Below are positions 27,471 through 37,199 of a DNA stretch of 64,000 bases, piece after piece. The stretch is from an uncultured Solibacteraceae bacterium (GTDB lineage: Bacteria > Acidobacteriota > Terriglobia > Bryobacterales > Bryobacteraceae), in assembly GCA_964461075.1 (NCBI GenBank), contig CAYWST010000001.1, positions 11,234 through 75,233 of the forward strand. Direction: 5' to 3'. The notes under the pieces are model-generated. The model was not told where the DNA came from, made no database searches, and was given only the letters and a program-made list of their open reading frames with translations. Within the stretch, counting starts at the first letter, position 1. Each line of letters opens with the position of its first letter. The position numbers were made by a program, and so were the translations under genes.

Positions 27471-29188
27471 ACCGTACACTCCTCCTGGCATGGCTGGCGC
27501 TGGCGCCGCCCGCGTTGAGCCAGCGGGTCGTTCTGGTCACCCTCGACGGGCTTGGCCACGAGATCGTCACTCGAGACGAGGTCGCCTCCGAATTGACTGT
27601 CCTGCGTGAGTCGATGCGGAACGGCGCCACGGCAGAAGGGATGACGCCGCCGCGACCCGCTTTGACCGCCGTGTCGCACGCTTCCATTTGGACCGGCGCC
27701 GGACCTGAAGTGAACGGCGTTCCCTTCAACAATCCGCCCGCTCTCCCGAGGCACGCACATCGGGCGACGGAGACTGTCGTCGGCTTCCAGGGAACAAGAT
27801 TGCTCGCGGAGCCGTTCTGGGTGGCGGCGGGCAGGCAGGGCGTCAAATCGCTGGCCTTTCAACCGACCCAGGGATTTCCCTTCACGCCGGTCAACACCGG
27901 CCCGCTGGCGACCGTCATCAACAGCTACCAGACGAAATCCTACGCGCCGTACGCGGTCTTCGGTCCCGGAGACGTCGAATGGAGAACCGGAGGGGGCTTC
28001 TCGTTCCGGCACGGGTCGAAGAACTACCGGGCTGAGCCGGCTGAAGGCGGCTTGCTCATCACCCAGGAAGCAGGCGGTCGTGTTCTGCTCCCTGCCGCCG
28101 CGGCTGAGCAAGGGCCGCCCAGGAACCGCGAACTCGCCCGCCATTTTCGCGCGATCGTGCAGGATGGCGGTGAAACCGGCCGATTCTTCAGGCTCTTCGA
28201 CTACGACGCTTCGGCGGCGAAACTTCGGCTGCTCGTCTCCGCGTCTCATGAGACCGCCTACCACGACGGTTTGGGCCGCCGGCTGGCGGAAGTTCAGGAG
28301 ATGGTGAACGAGTGCGGACCTGTCCTGGTCAATGGTGCGACTGTGCTCCTCAACTCCGGAAGAATCAGCCCGGTTGAGTACCTGGAAACGGTCGAGTTGG
28401 TCATCCGCCAACTATCCCGGCAGGCGGCGTGGGCCGATGAAAAGGTCCGGCCGCGAATCGTCCAGGGCTACCTTCCGTACCCGGATGAATTCGACCATCA
28501 GTGGATCGCGCTCGGGCGCGAAGGCGGCGAGTTCGCCAGCTACCGGCGATGGGGCTACGCCGCTTTGAACAGGGGGATGGAAGTCTACGCCGCGCTGGCG
28601 AAACCGCGCGATTGGTTGATGTGGGCCTCCGACCACGGGATGGCCGAGATCCGGAAGAGCGTCAATATCGGGCTGGCTCTGACGCGCGCCGGGCTGGCCG
28701 GGAAAGTGGCGCCTCTCTACAACTCGGTGCTGGTGAACACGGAAGACTGGGCCGGCGGCGAAGTCCCGCGGCGCAGGAAGGACGAAGTGCTCAGCAAGGT
28801 TCGGGAAGCTCTCGAGTCCATCCGCGACCCGGAGACCGGCCAGCCGGTGGTGCGCGAAGTGATGACCGGTCCCGATCGAATCCCTGTTTGCGACGGCTGC
28901 GCCGACCTTTACTTCGACCTTCAGCCCGGATACCGCACTGGCGCGACCCGCTCTTCCGATCTGATCGTTCGCTTCGAGACGCCGGAAGGATCTCACGGTT
29001 TCGCGCCCGAGCGCGCCGACATGAAGGCGCTGTTCACTGTGAGGGGGCCGGGCATCGTCCCGGGATCGTTGATCCGCGAGATGAGAACGATCGACATCGC
29101 GCCCTATATCTCTTCCCTGATCGGGATTCAGGCGCCCCGTCATTCTCAGGGACGCCGTCCGTTGGTTGAGGTACGATCATCACCATGA
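27467..29188 (+). CDS. alkaline-phosphatase-superfamily protein (nucleotide pyrophosphatase/phosphodiesterase-like), exported
   Basis: ORF 27098-29188 trimmed to the GTG overlapping the upstream TGA (GTGA). The N-terminus is [19 protein letters not shown]. The metal-site-type segments [10 protein letters not shown] and WASDHGM are present. Confidence 0.72.
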   Translation: MNRTLLLAWLALAPPALSQRVVLVTLDGLGHEIVTRDEVASELTVLRESMRNGATAEGMTPPRPALTAVSHASIWTGAGPEVNGVPFNNPPALPRHAHRATETVVGFQGTRLLAEPFWVAAGRQGVKSLAFQPTQGFPFTPVNTGPLATVINSYQTKSYAPYAVFGPGDVEWRTGGGFSFRHGSKNYRAEPAEGGLLITQEAGGRVLLPAAAAEQGPPRNRELARHFRAIVQDGGETGRFFRLFDYDASAAKLRLLVSASHETAYHDGLGRRLAEVQEMVNECGPVLVNGATVLLNSGRISPVEYLETVELVIRQLSRQAAWADEKVRPRIVQGYLPYPDEFDHQWIALGREGGEFASYRRWGYAALNRGMEVYAALAKPRDWLMWASDHGMAEIRKSVNIGLALTRAGLAGKVAPLYNSVLVNTEDWAGGEVPRRRKDEVLSKVREALESIRDPETGQPVVREVMTGPDRIPVCDGCADLYFDLQPGYRTGATRSSDLIVRFETPEGSHGFAPERADMKALFTVRGPGIVPGSLIREMRTIDIAPYISSLIGIQAPRHSQGRRPLVEVRSSP

Positions 29189-30027
29189 CACGCCGTGAAC
29201 TGTTCGCCTCGATAGCAGCTTTGCCGCTAAGCGGAAAGCCCCGCCTGCGGCCCGCGCTGTGCGTCTACAGCTTCAGGAAGGAGTTGCAGGACAAGTCGAT
29301 GACCTATGAAGGCCTCGTCGACAAGGCCGTCGAATGGGAGATTGACGGCTTGGACATGACGGTCTACTGGCTGCCAACCACCGAGCGGGCATGGCTGCTC
29401 GATCTGCGCCGGAAAGCTTTCCGCATGGGCGTCGAGATCTACTCCATCAGCGTCCGGACTGAATTGACTAAGGCGGCGCAGGCGGATCGGGACGCGCAAG
29501 TCGCGGAGATCAGGAAATGGGTCGATGTGGCCTCGGCGCTTGGCGCGGGCCATATCCGGATCTTCGGCGGAAACGTGCCCAAGGGAGTCGCCGAAGAAGC
29601 CGCGGTCCCTTGGGTGGTGGAATGTCTGAAGCGCGGGGGCGAGTACGCCGGCCAGCACGGCATCATTCTCGGACTCGAAAACCATGGCGGCATCTGCACG
29701 CGGGCCGAGCGCATGATCGAGATGGTGAAGAAGACGGACTCTCCCTGGGTAGCCATAAACCTCGACACGGGCAATTTCAGGGCCGAGGCCTTCAAGCAGA
29801 TCGAAATGTGCCTGCCCTATGCGGCGAATGTCCAGGTGAAGTCGGAGATGACGTTCGACGACGGCAAGCGCGGGCCGCAGGACTGGGACAAAGTGATCGG
29901 CATGATCGCCGCCTCAGGCTACAAGGGGTATCTCGCCCTGGAGTATGAAGCCAGGGAGCCTGCGCCTGCCGCGGTGCCCCGTCTGCTTGGCACGTTGAAG
30001 GAACTCTGCCGCAAACACTCCGCCTAA
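29185..30027 (+). CDS. sugar phosphate isomerase/epimerase (xylose isomerase-like TIM barrel) with Tat-like signal
   Basis: ATGA overlap with the upstream gene. The N-terminus is [17 protein letters not shown]. The motifs HIRIFGG, LGLENHGG, NLDTGN and LALEYE are present. Confidence 0.8.
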   Translation: MTRRELFASIAALPLSGKPRLRPALCVYSFRKELQDKSMTYEGLVDKAVEWEIDGLDMTVYWLPTTERAWLLDLRRKAFRMGVEIYSISVRTELTKAAQADRDAQVAEIRKWVDVASALGAGHIRIFGGNVPKGVAEEAAVPWVVECLKRGGEYAGQHGIILGLENHGGICTRAERMIEMVKKTDSPWVAINLDTGNFRAEAFKQIEMCLPYAANVQVKSEMTFDDGKRGPQDWDKVIGMIAASGYKGYLALEYEAREPAPAAVPRLLGTLKELCRKHSA

Positions 30028-30030
30028 CCC

Positions 30031-31374
30031 ATGCCGATTATCTCCGCGGTCGCGGAGTTCCTGAATCCACGCTCCCTCGATGAGGACGCCGGGTTCGCGA
30101 AAGAGATCAACGAGGCGGGAAGGCGCGGGCTCAAGTATCTTGGCCTGTTCTCGCTCTGCGTGCCGTTGGCGACCGCAATCACCGACCTCGTCACGCTGCC
30201 GGACCGGGCGCTTTTGAATGCGACCGTTTGGCGGGTCAGCCTTCTGCTCGTGCTTGGCTCCGGCATGCTGATGATGTCGCGATGGCTGCCCCCGCCGGGG
30301 CTGCTGCGCCTGATCCTTCCTTCCATTGTCTTTCTGCTCTCCGCGGTGCAGGTGGTCGCCAATTTCTGGGATTCGCTGCGGGTTCCCGCCGCTTACCACT
30401 ACACGCCCGGGTTGACGGCCGTGGTGATCTTTCTCTGTGCGGCGCTGTTGCCGCTGAAACCCTGGCAGACGCTCGGCGCGAGCCTGACAATCGATCTCGC
30501 TGTCGTCGCTTCGGAGCGAACGATCCGGGGAACAGGCTGGCTGGCGGTGGAGGATCTCGACGGGCTCCATCTGGTGACCATGGTGACCGTTTCCTTCATC
30601 GCGACCATCGTTTCCAGCGTGCTGTGGCGGCAGCGCGAGAAACAATACAGGTCCGCACGCGAGGCGATCGAATCCCGCGCCCGGGCCCTGCTGGCGGAGC
30701 ACAGCGCGGCGCTGGGCCAGATCTCGGCGGCAATCAGCCACGAGATCAACTCGCCTCTGGGAACGCTGGTCAGCGCATCGGCCACTCTGCAGAGCGCCGG
30801 CCGCAAGCTGGCGGAAGCGGATCCGGCTGCGCGGCCCCGTCTGCTGAAACTGCAGGACGAACTCGGAGAGACGATCCGCAGCGCGTCCGGGCGCATCGAG
30901 GAGATCGTGCGCCGAATGCAGCTCTTCAGCAACCTCGAGGGTCCGGAGGAATCCGACGTCGATATCAACCTCCTGCTCCGGACTGCGCTGGAGATGGCTG
31001 CGGCGGAGGACAAAGTGATGTTCGACCCTGATCTGCTCGCCCCGGTTCGCGGCAAACCTTCCGAGGTCAGCTTCGTTCTCTATACGATGGCGCGCGCGGC
31101 CTCGGACGGAAAGGCCACGCGATGGCTCCGGACGCGCATGAGCGGCGGAGCCGTCACGGTCACGATCTCGCCGTTGCGGATCGCCGCGAGTGATTTCGAA
31201 CTAAGATTTGTCGCCGAGGGCGGCAGGGTCGCGGCGGGCAACGCATCACTGTTCGCAGCGCGCCAGATCGCGCGCCGTCACGGAGGCGAACTCACTGGGG
31301 AGCCCACTCTCACGCTCACTCTGCCCGCGGCCGCGAGCGCCCCTCAGCCTGATACATTCTCAGGAGTTTTGTAA
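30031..31374 (+). CDS. membrane histidine-kinase-like protein with degenerate ATP-binding domain
   Basis: About 5-6 TM helices, then a DHp H-box (ISAAISHEINSPLGTL). The C-terminal domain lacks recognisable N-box Asn and G1 DxGxG. Only a G2-like remnant (ARQIARRHGGEL) remains. Confidence 0.6.
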   Translation: MPIISAVAEFLNPRSLDEDAGFAKEINEAGRRGLKYLGLFSLCVPLATAITDLVTLPDRALLNATVWRVSLLLVLGSGMLMMSRWLPPPGLLRLILPSIVFLLSAVQVVANFWDSLRVPAAYHYTPGLTAVVIFLCAALLPLKPWQTLGASLTIDLAVVASERTIRGTGWLAVEDLDGLHLVTMVTVSFIATIVSSVLWRQREKQYRSAREAIESRARALLAEHSAALGQISAAISHEINSPLGTLVSASATLQSAGRKLAEADPAARPRLLKLQDELGETIRSASGRIEEIVRRMQLFSNLEGPEESDVDINLLLRTALEMAAAEDKVMFDPDLLAPVRGKPSEVSFVLYTMARAASDGKATRWLRTRMSGGAVTVTISPLRIAASDFELRFVAEGGRVAAGNASLFAARQIARRHGGELTGEPTLTLTLPAAASAPQPDTFSGVL

Positions 31375-32761
31375 GCCTGCCGGCGATCTCAGGTCGAGCC
31401 GCCGCCAGGTTCCGCTTCTCTCCCGGGTCTTCAGCGAGATTGTAGAGCTCGACCCGAGGCTCTCCGGGGGCTGGCGTGACATCGGGCTCTTCCTTGCCGT
31501 ACCGCATGCCGCCGGCGCCCCGCCCGTCGACAAGCTTCCACTCGTCTTGGCGGATGGCAAACCGGCCCTCGGAAGAGTGGAAGACAAGGCCATGCTTCAT
31601 GGGCTCCGGCCCCTGCCTGCCCGTGAGCGATCCGGCGAACGAGAAGCTGTCTTCGGCGGCCTCATCCTCCAGTTCTGCCCCCATCAGCTCGGCGAGAGTT
31701 GCGAAGACCCCGGTCAGGCAGCACGGCGAATCGGCCACTCCGCCAGGTTGAATCCTGCCCGGCCACCTCGCAAGAAACGGCACACGGTGTCCGCCCTCGT
31801 AAATGTCGGCCTTCATGCCGCGCCAGTGCGCGTTCGATTCGTGACCGGTCGCAACTCGGTCTTCCTCAAGCCAGATCGAGCCGTTGTCGGACGTGAAGAT
31901 GACGAGCGTGCCGGGCGCGGCTCCGGTCCGCTCGACAGCGCTGAGGATGTGGCTGACCGAGCGGTCCACTTGCGCCACAAAGTCGCCGTATTCCCCGGCC
32001 TTCGAACCGCCTCGGAACTGCCGCAGAGGCATCCACGGGGTATGCGGCGCGGTCAATGGCACATAGGCGAAGTAGGGTCGGGTCTGACGTTCGATCCAGG
32101 ATGCGGCCTTGCGGGTGATCTCGGGCAACACCCCTTCGATGCTGAAAGAGGGCGCGATGGGACCGCCGCGGTAAAACGGGCCGCGGGGGCGCGGGCCGCC
32201 GGAATCCGGCACATTCCCGGTGGGCTGCTCGACGCAGCGGTCGTTTTCCACCCAGACATAGGGAGGCATATCGAGCGAAGCGGGGATGCCAAAGAACGTA
32301 TCGAAGCCGTAGTTGAGCGGAGACGGATCGAGCCGCTTCGAATAGTCCGTCTTCATCTCCCGTCCGAGACCGAGGTGCCACTTGCCGAAGCATCCGGCCG
32401 CATAGCCTCGCGCCTTACAGAGCGAGGCGAGAGTCTGGCGCCCGTCTTCGATCAGAGCCGGCGAATAGCCGTTCAGCACGCCGCGCTTCATGGAGGTTCT
32501 CCACGAATAGCGCCCGGTCAGGAGTCCGTAGCGGGTCGGCGTGCAAACAGCCGAGGGTGAGTGCATGTCGGTGAACCGGACACCTTCGCCCGCCAGCTTC
32601 TCCAACCCGGGCGCGTCCACGCGGGAATCGGGATTGTAGCACCGCAGATCGCCCCACCCCATGTCGTCGGCGAGGATCAGGACGATGTTGAAAGGACGAG
32701 CGGACGGCGCTGGAGCAAGCAAGGAAGACGCCGCAAGAAACGACCGTCGGGAGATGGACAT
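31316..32761 (-). CDS. arylsulfatase (Cys-type formylglycine sulfatase), Tat-type signal
   Basis: MSISRRSFLAASSLLAPAPSA, ILADDMGWGD, the CTPTRYGLLTGR (CxPxR) motif, GKWHLG and TSDNG. Confidence 0.9.
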   Translation of the reverse strand: MSISRRSFLAASSLLAPAPSARPFNIVLILADDMGWGDLRCYNPDSRVDAPGLEKLAGEGVRFTDMHSPSAVCTPTRYGLLTGRYSWRTSMKRGVLNGYSPALIEDGRQTLASLCKARGYAAGCFGKWHLGLGREMKTDYSKRLDPSPLNYGFDTFFGIPASLDMPPYVWVENDRCVEQPTGNVPDSGGPRPRGPFYRGGPIAPSFSIEGVLPEITRKAASWIERQTRPYFAYVPLTAPHTPWMPLRQFRGGSKAGEYGDFVAQVDRSVSHILSAVERTGAAPGTLVIFTSDNGSIWLEEDRVATGHESNAHWRGMKADIYEGGHRVPFLARWPGRIQPGGVADSPCCLTGVFATLAELMGAELEDEAAEDSFSFAGSLTGRQGPEPMKHGLVFHSSEGRFAIRQDEWKLVDGRGAGGMRYGKEEPDVTPAPGEPRVELYNLAEDPGEKRNLAAARPEIAGRLTKLLRMYQAEGRSRPRAE

Positions 32762-32777
32762 CGCGAAGCTGAGCTTA

Positions 32778-33302
32778 TCACCCTCGCCTCGGAGGGTGGC
32801 TCTGAAGCCGGGGTTTTGAAGAATCCCGCAGGAACCACAGGTGCAGGATCAGCAGCGCAGCGCCGCAGGTAATGGCAGAGTCGGCCACGTTGAAGACCGG
32901 AAAGTGGTGAACGCCCCAATAGAAATCGAGGAAATCGGTCACCGATCCGAAGACAAGCCTGTCGTAAAGGTTGCCGATCGCGCCGCCCAATACGCAGCCG
33001 AGAGCGGCTCTGAGAGTCCAATGCTCCTGGGATGCAGGCTTGGACGACGTCCACAGCAGGGAAACCACCAGAGCCATCACACAGAGCGAGAAGACGATGA
33101 GCAGCCATTGCCCCGGCTTCCCCGTTCCGCCCAACATGCCGAATGCGATCCCGGAGTTCCGGGTATGCACGATCTGGAAGAATCCCGAAATCACCGTTAC
33201 GACGTCCCAGGGACGGAACTGAGTCTCGATCCAATGTTTGGTCGCGCGGTCCAGCAGGACAACTGCGAGCGAAATCAGAAACGGCCAGATCCGTTCGATC
33301 AT
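32778..33302 (-). CDS. lspA: lipoprotein signal peptidase II
   Basis: ORF trimmed to MIERIWPFLISLAVVLLDRATK, 7 nt after the ileS stop. The motifs NSGIAFG and FNVADSAI are present. Classic ileS-lspA linkage. Confidence 0.9.
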   Translation of the reverse strand: MIERIWPFLISLAVVLLDRATKHWIETQFRPWDVVTVISGFFQIVHTRNSGIAFGMLGGTGKPGQWLLIVFSLCVMALVVSLLWTSSKPASQEHWTLRAALGCVLGGAIGNLYDRLVFGSVTDFLDFYWGVHHFPVFNVADSAITCGAALLILHLWFLRDSSKPRLQSHPPRRG

Positions 33303-33309
33303 GCCGGTC

Positions 33310-36132
33310 TCACGAGCCTTGTCCGAGAACGGCGTGGACGGCGGTCGCGCAGGCGGCGCAGACGGTGGGCAGCGCGGCGTCTGCGCCGACATCGAAGGTG
33401 AACTTCCAGCAGCGTTCGCATTTCACTCCGCCGGCGCGCTCGATCGTGGCCGCCAGACCCTCCGCGCCGCGGCGTCTCACTTCCACTTGGGAGGTGATGA
33501 ATAACGCGGGCAGGTCCGCCGCATACCGGTCGAGGAGTTCAAAGTAGTCCGGACCGGCCTCCAAAACCACCTTGGCCTCCAGCGGCGCGCCGATGAGTTT
33601 GGCGTTTCTGGCCTCTTCGAGTTCTTTGAGGACGGCGTTGCGGACCTGCAGCAGCCGGTCCCAGGCGGCTGTTAAACCGTCATCGGCGAGGCCGCCGATG
33701 AGCTCCTCCGGCCTGGGCAGCAATGCAAGGTGGACGCTCAAAGGCTCGTCATGTGCTTTCCGCATATGGCTCCAGACTTCATCGGTGGTGAAAGCCAGGA
33801 TCGGCGCTGTCAGGCGCGTCAACGCGTGATTCACGAGGTAGAGCGCGGTCTGTGCGCTCCGGCGCGCCCGCGAGTTCGGTGCCGCGGTGTACAGCCGGTC
33901 CTTGAGCACATCGAAGTAGACCGAACTGAGGTCCACGGTGGCGAAGTTATAGATCGCCTGGTAGACGCGGTGATAGGCGAACGAGTCGTACCAGGCGCGG
34001 CAGCGCTCCACCAGGGCCGCTGCGCGATGAAGAATCCACTGGTCGATCTCGTGTAAGTCGCCGGGAGCGACTCGGCCGGCCTCGGGGTCAAAGTCATGCA
34101 GGTTGCCAAGGGCGTACCGGAAAGTGTTTCGCAGCTTGCGGTACGCCTCCGTCAGACGCGTCAGGACCAATTCAGAAACACGCACATCTTCGGTGAATTC
34201 GACCGACGAGACCCAGAGCCGCAGCACGTCCGCGCCGTGCTTCTTGATGATCTCCTCGGGCGAGATGACGTTGCCGAGCGATTTCGACATTGCCCGGCCC
34301 TCTCCGTCGAGCGTCCATCCGTTGGTGGCGCATTCGCGATAGGGCGCGGTGCCGCGCAGCCCCACCGCCACCAGCAGAGAGGAGTGGAACCACCCGCGGT
34401 ATTGGTCTCCGCCCTCCAGATACATGTCGGACGGCCAGGGGAGGCCGTTCTCCGGCGTCAGCACCGCCAAGTGGGACGAGCCGGAGTCGAACCACACATC
34501 GAGAATGTCGCTCTCCTTGCGGAAGGCGCCGCCGCCGCACTTCGGGCACACCGTCCCCGGCGGCAGGAGATCGCCGGCCGGCTTCTCGTACCAGATGTCG
34601 GCCGTGTATTTGGCGAACAGGTCCACGACCGGATCGAGGTATTTCCGATCGGTCAGGCACTCGTTGCAGCTCTCGCAGTAGAAGATGACGATGGGCACGC
34701 CCCAGATGCGCTGGCGCGAAATGCACCAGTCCGGCCGCGTAGCGACCATATTGGAGATGCGCTCTTCCCCCCACTCCGGATGCCACTTGATTCTGGCGAT
34801 CGCATCGAGGGCGTTCTGCCGCAGGTTGTTGCGGTCCATGCCGATGAACCACTGCTCGGTGGCGCGGAACAGCGTCGCCTTGTGGCACCGCCAGCAGTGC
34901 GGATAGGAGTGCTCGAGCGGCTTTTCCATGAGCAGCGCACCGGCTTCCCTGAGGATGGAGGTCACCACGGGATTTGCTTCCCAGATCGTCTTGCCGAGGA
35001 TTGACTCAGGAAGCTTTCCTGGCGCGCCTTCAGCGGGGAAGAACCGGCCCTGGGCGTCCACGGGGCAATAGGTGGGCAGCCCGTACTTCTGGCCGGTCAG
35101 GTAATCCTCCATGCCATGACCTGGCGCCGTGTGCACCGCGCCAACGCCCTGCTCCAGCGTGACGTAGTCGGCGAGCACACCAACCGAGTCACGTTCCAGG
35201 AAGGGATGCTGGAAGACCGCCCCTTCGACTTGAGCTCCCTTGAAGCGCGCCACCTCGACGCGGTCCTTCCAACCCAACTGCTCCGCCGTCGCGGCAACGA
35301 GTTCGCTGGCCAGAATGTACACCGCTCCTTCGGTCTCGATAGCGGAGTAGTCGTAGGAAGGATGATAGGCGATGGCGACGTTGGCAGGGATCGTCCAGGG
35401 CGTGGTTGTCCAGATGAGGCCGTATACCTGCCTGCCCTTCAAGGCGGCGTCGATCGCCTCCGGCGGGGTCTTCAGCGCGAAACGAACCCAAATCGACGGC
35501 GACTTGTGGTTTTCGTACTCCACCTCGGCCTCGGCAAGCGCTGTCCTGCAGCTCATGCACCAGTTGACCGGCTTGAGCCCCTTGTAAACATAGCCCTGAT
35601 CGAGGAAATCGACGAACGCGCGGGCGATGGTGCTTTGGTAGGAGCCGCTCATCGTCAGATAGGGATCTTCCCATCTTCCGAAGACGCCCAACCGCTGAAA
35701 GCTCTCGCTCTGTAGTTTGACGTACTTTTCGGCGTACTTCCGGCACTCCTTGCGGATCTCGACCGCCGACATCTTCGCTTTCTTCGCACCAAGCTGCGAA
35801 TCGACCTTGATCTCGATGGGCAGTCCGTGGCAGTCCCAGCCGGGAACATAGGGCGAATCGAAACCGGCCATCGTTTTCGATTTGACGATGAAGTCCTTCA
35901 GGATCTTGTTGAAGGCGTGTCCAAGATGGATGTTGCCGTTGGCGTAGGGCGGGCCGTCATGGAGAACATAGCAGGGCGCTCCCGCGCGCGCCTTGCGGAT
36001 GGCGCCATACAGATTCTGTTCCTGCCAGCGGGCGAGCGCGTGCGGTTCAGCCTGCGCCAGATTCGCTTTCATCGGGAAGGCGGTGGAGGGCAGATTGACG
36101 GTCTTCTTCAGATCGACTTGGGAAACGTCCAT
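33310..36132 (-). CDS. ileS: isoleucine--tRNA ligase
   Basis: 940 aa. The motifs are PPYANGNIHLGH (HIGH), AMSKSLGN (KMSKS), an editing-domain region and a C-terminal CERCW...CAAC zinc motif. Confidence 0.97.
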   Translation of the reverse strand: MDVSQVDLKKTVNLPSTAFPMKANLAQAEPHALARWQEQNLYGAIRKARAGAPCYVLHDGPPYANGNIHLGHAFNKILKDFIVKSKTMAGFDSPYVPGWDCHGLPIEIKVDSQLGAKKAKMSAVEIRKECRKYAEKYVKLQSESFQRLGVFGRWEDPYLTMSGSYQSTIARAFVDFLDQGYVYKGLKPVNWCMSCRTALAEAEVEYENHKSPSIWVRFALKTPPEAIDAALKGRQVYGLIWTTTPWTIPANVAIAYHPSYDYSAIETEGAVYILASELVAATAEQLGWKDRVEVARFKGAQVEGAVFQHPFLERDSVGVLADYVTLEQGVGAVHTAPGHGMEDYLTGQKYGLPTYCPVDAQGRFFPAEGAPGKLPESILGKTIWEANPVVTSILREAGALLMEKPLEHSYPHCWRCHKATLFRATEQWFIGMDRNNLRQNALDAIARIKWHPEWGEERISNMVATRPDWCISRQRIWGVPIVIFYCESCNECLTDRKYLDPVVDLFAKYTADIWYEKPAGDLLPPGTVCPKCGGGAFRKESDILDVWFDSGSSHLAVLTPENGLPWPSDMYLEGGDQYRGWFHSSLLVAVGLRGTAPYRECATNGWTLDGEGRAMSKSLGNVISPEEIIKKHGADVLRLWVSSVEFTEDVRVSELVLTRLTEAYRKLRNTFRYALGNLHDFDPEAGRVAPGDLHEIDQWILHRAAALVERCRAWYDSFAYHRVYQAIYNFATVDLSSVYFDVLKDRLYTAAPNSRARRSAQTALYLVNHALTRLTAPILAFTTDEVWSHMRKAHDEPLSVHLALLPRPEELIGGLADDGLTAAWDRLLQVRNAVLKELEEARNAKLIGAPLEAKVVLEAGPDYFELLDRYAADLPALFITSQVEVRRRGAEGLAATIERAGGVKCERCWKFTFDVGADAALPTVCAACATAVHAVLGQGS

Positions 36133-36188
36133 GGGGTTAATCTTTTATCGTAGCGCCTTCAATTGGCCGAAACCGCGGGAGCAACGGG

Positions 36189-37199
36189 ATGCGTCGAACA
36201 AACCAGATGAGGCCGGGCGGACTGCTTCTGCTAGTGCTGTCGGCGGGAACGGTGAGTGGAGACACTGTCCTGCTGAGTCACGACGCGGATGGACGCCTCT
36301 TGCGGCAGGCGCCGGCCCTGTTCCGGCAGAATGGTCTGGCCCTGACCTCGCGCGACGCGCTGATCGGCGCGAAAAGCGCAGTCGTGCTGGATGACCACGG
36401 ACGTTCGCACCCCGTGTTATACGTCACCGGAGAAGATCCGGATTCGGGCGTTGTCGAAGTCTTTGTCGGTCTCCAGGCTCCAGGCGGGCCCGCGGCGGCC
36501 TCATCCTTCACGCGAACCCTTCACACCAGGGGGCATCCCGCCGCGGCGGCTGAATTGACCGAAAGCGGAGTGTTCGGCGAGGTGGCGGCGCTTGACTGCC
36601 GGCTGGATGCGGAAGTCTCACACGACGACGGGCCGTTGTTCGACGAGCAGAATCTCTTCGCCGGCTGGCATGTGAGCCGGCAGGTGGACGGGCGGGCGGT
36701 TTCGTTCGCGGTCCCGCTGGCGCGATTCGATGCCATGAGCAGGAGCATGAGTGTGCCGCTGGAAGCGTGGTCCGCCGCGGTGCACCCGGCGCGTGAGCAG
36801 GATTACCGGAGGGCGATGGGCCACCTTTGGCTGCTCGAGTTCGACGGAGCGCTGTTCTACTTCCGAAAGGCCACTGAAGCAGAGCCTGGGAATGCCAGGG
36901 CGTGGCTCCATCGGGGCTATGTGGAAGGGAAACTCGGCCACGGCAAGACGCGTCTGGAGTGCTACGAAAAGGCCGTGCTTCTGGCGCCGCGTCTGCCGGA
37001 AGCGCACTACTACCTGGGATTCGTGCGCCTGATGCGCGGCGAGATCGACATGGCGCGCGCCGAGTTCGAGAGCCTGAAGCAGTTGGGTTCGCCGCTCGCC
37101 GAGCGGCTGCGGATGTTCATCGAAACGGCCCACGTGGACGTGCTGGCGCACCCCGAGCCCAAACAGGGCGGGAAACCCGCTCAAAGCCGCGAGGAGTGA
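36189..37199 (+). CDS. exported protein: degenerate trypsin-like domain + C-terminal TPR repeats
   Basis: Signal peptide [24 protein letters not shown]. The C-terminal TPR-like units are [39 protein letters not shown]. See the matching finding for the pseudo-protease argument. Confidence 0.55.
   Translation: MRRTNQMRPGGLLLLVLSAGTVSGDTVLLSHDADGRLLRQAPALFRQNGLALTSRDALIGAKSAVVLDDHGRSHPVLYVTGEDPDSGVVEVFVGLQAPGGPAAASSFTRTLHTRGHPAAAAELTESGVFGEVAALDCRLDAEVSHDDGPLFDEQNLFAGWHVSRQVDGRAVSFAVPLARFDAMSRSMSVPLEAWSAAVHPAREQDYRRAMGHLWLLEFDGALFYFRKATEAEPGNARAWLHRGYVEGKLGHGKTRLECYEKAVLLAPRLPEAHYYLGFVRLMRGEIDMARAEFESLKQLGSPLAERLRMFIETAHVDVLAHPEPKQGGKPAQSREE

Noticed and set aside
22320-32761. The idea that the FGE-like domain protein (22320-24635) is the maturase for the Cys-type arylsulfatase (31316-32761).
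   Set aside because: The FGE-like domain sits behind a Sec-type signal peptide in a large extracellular fusion. The sulfatase has a twin-arginine signal, implying folding and FGly formation before export. The genes are also 7 kb apart on separate transcription units. The functional link is unsupported.
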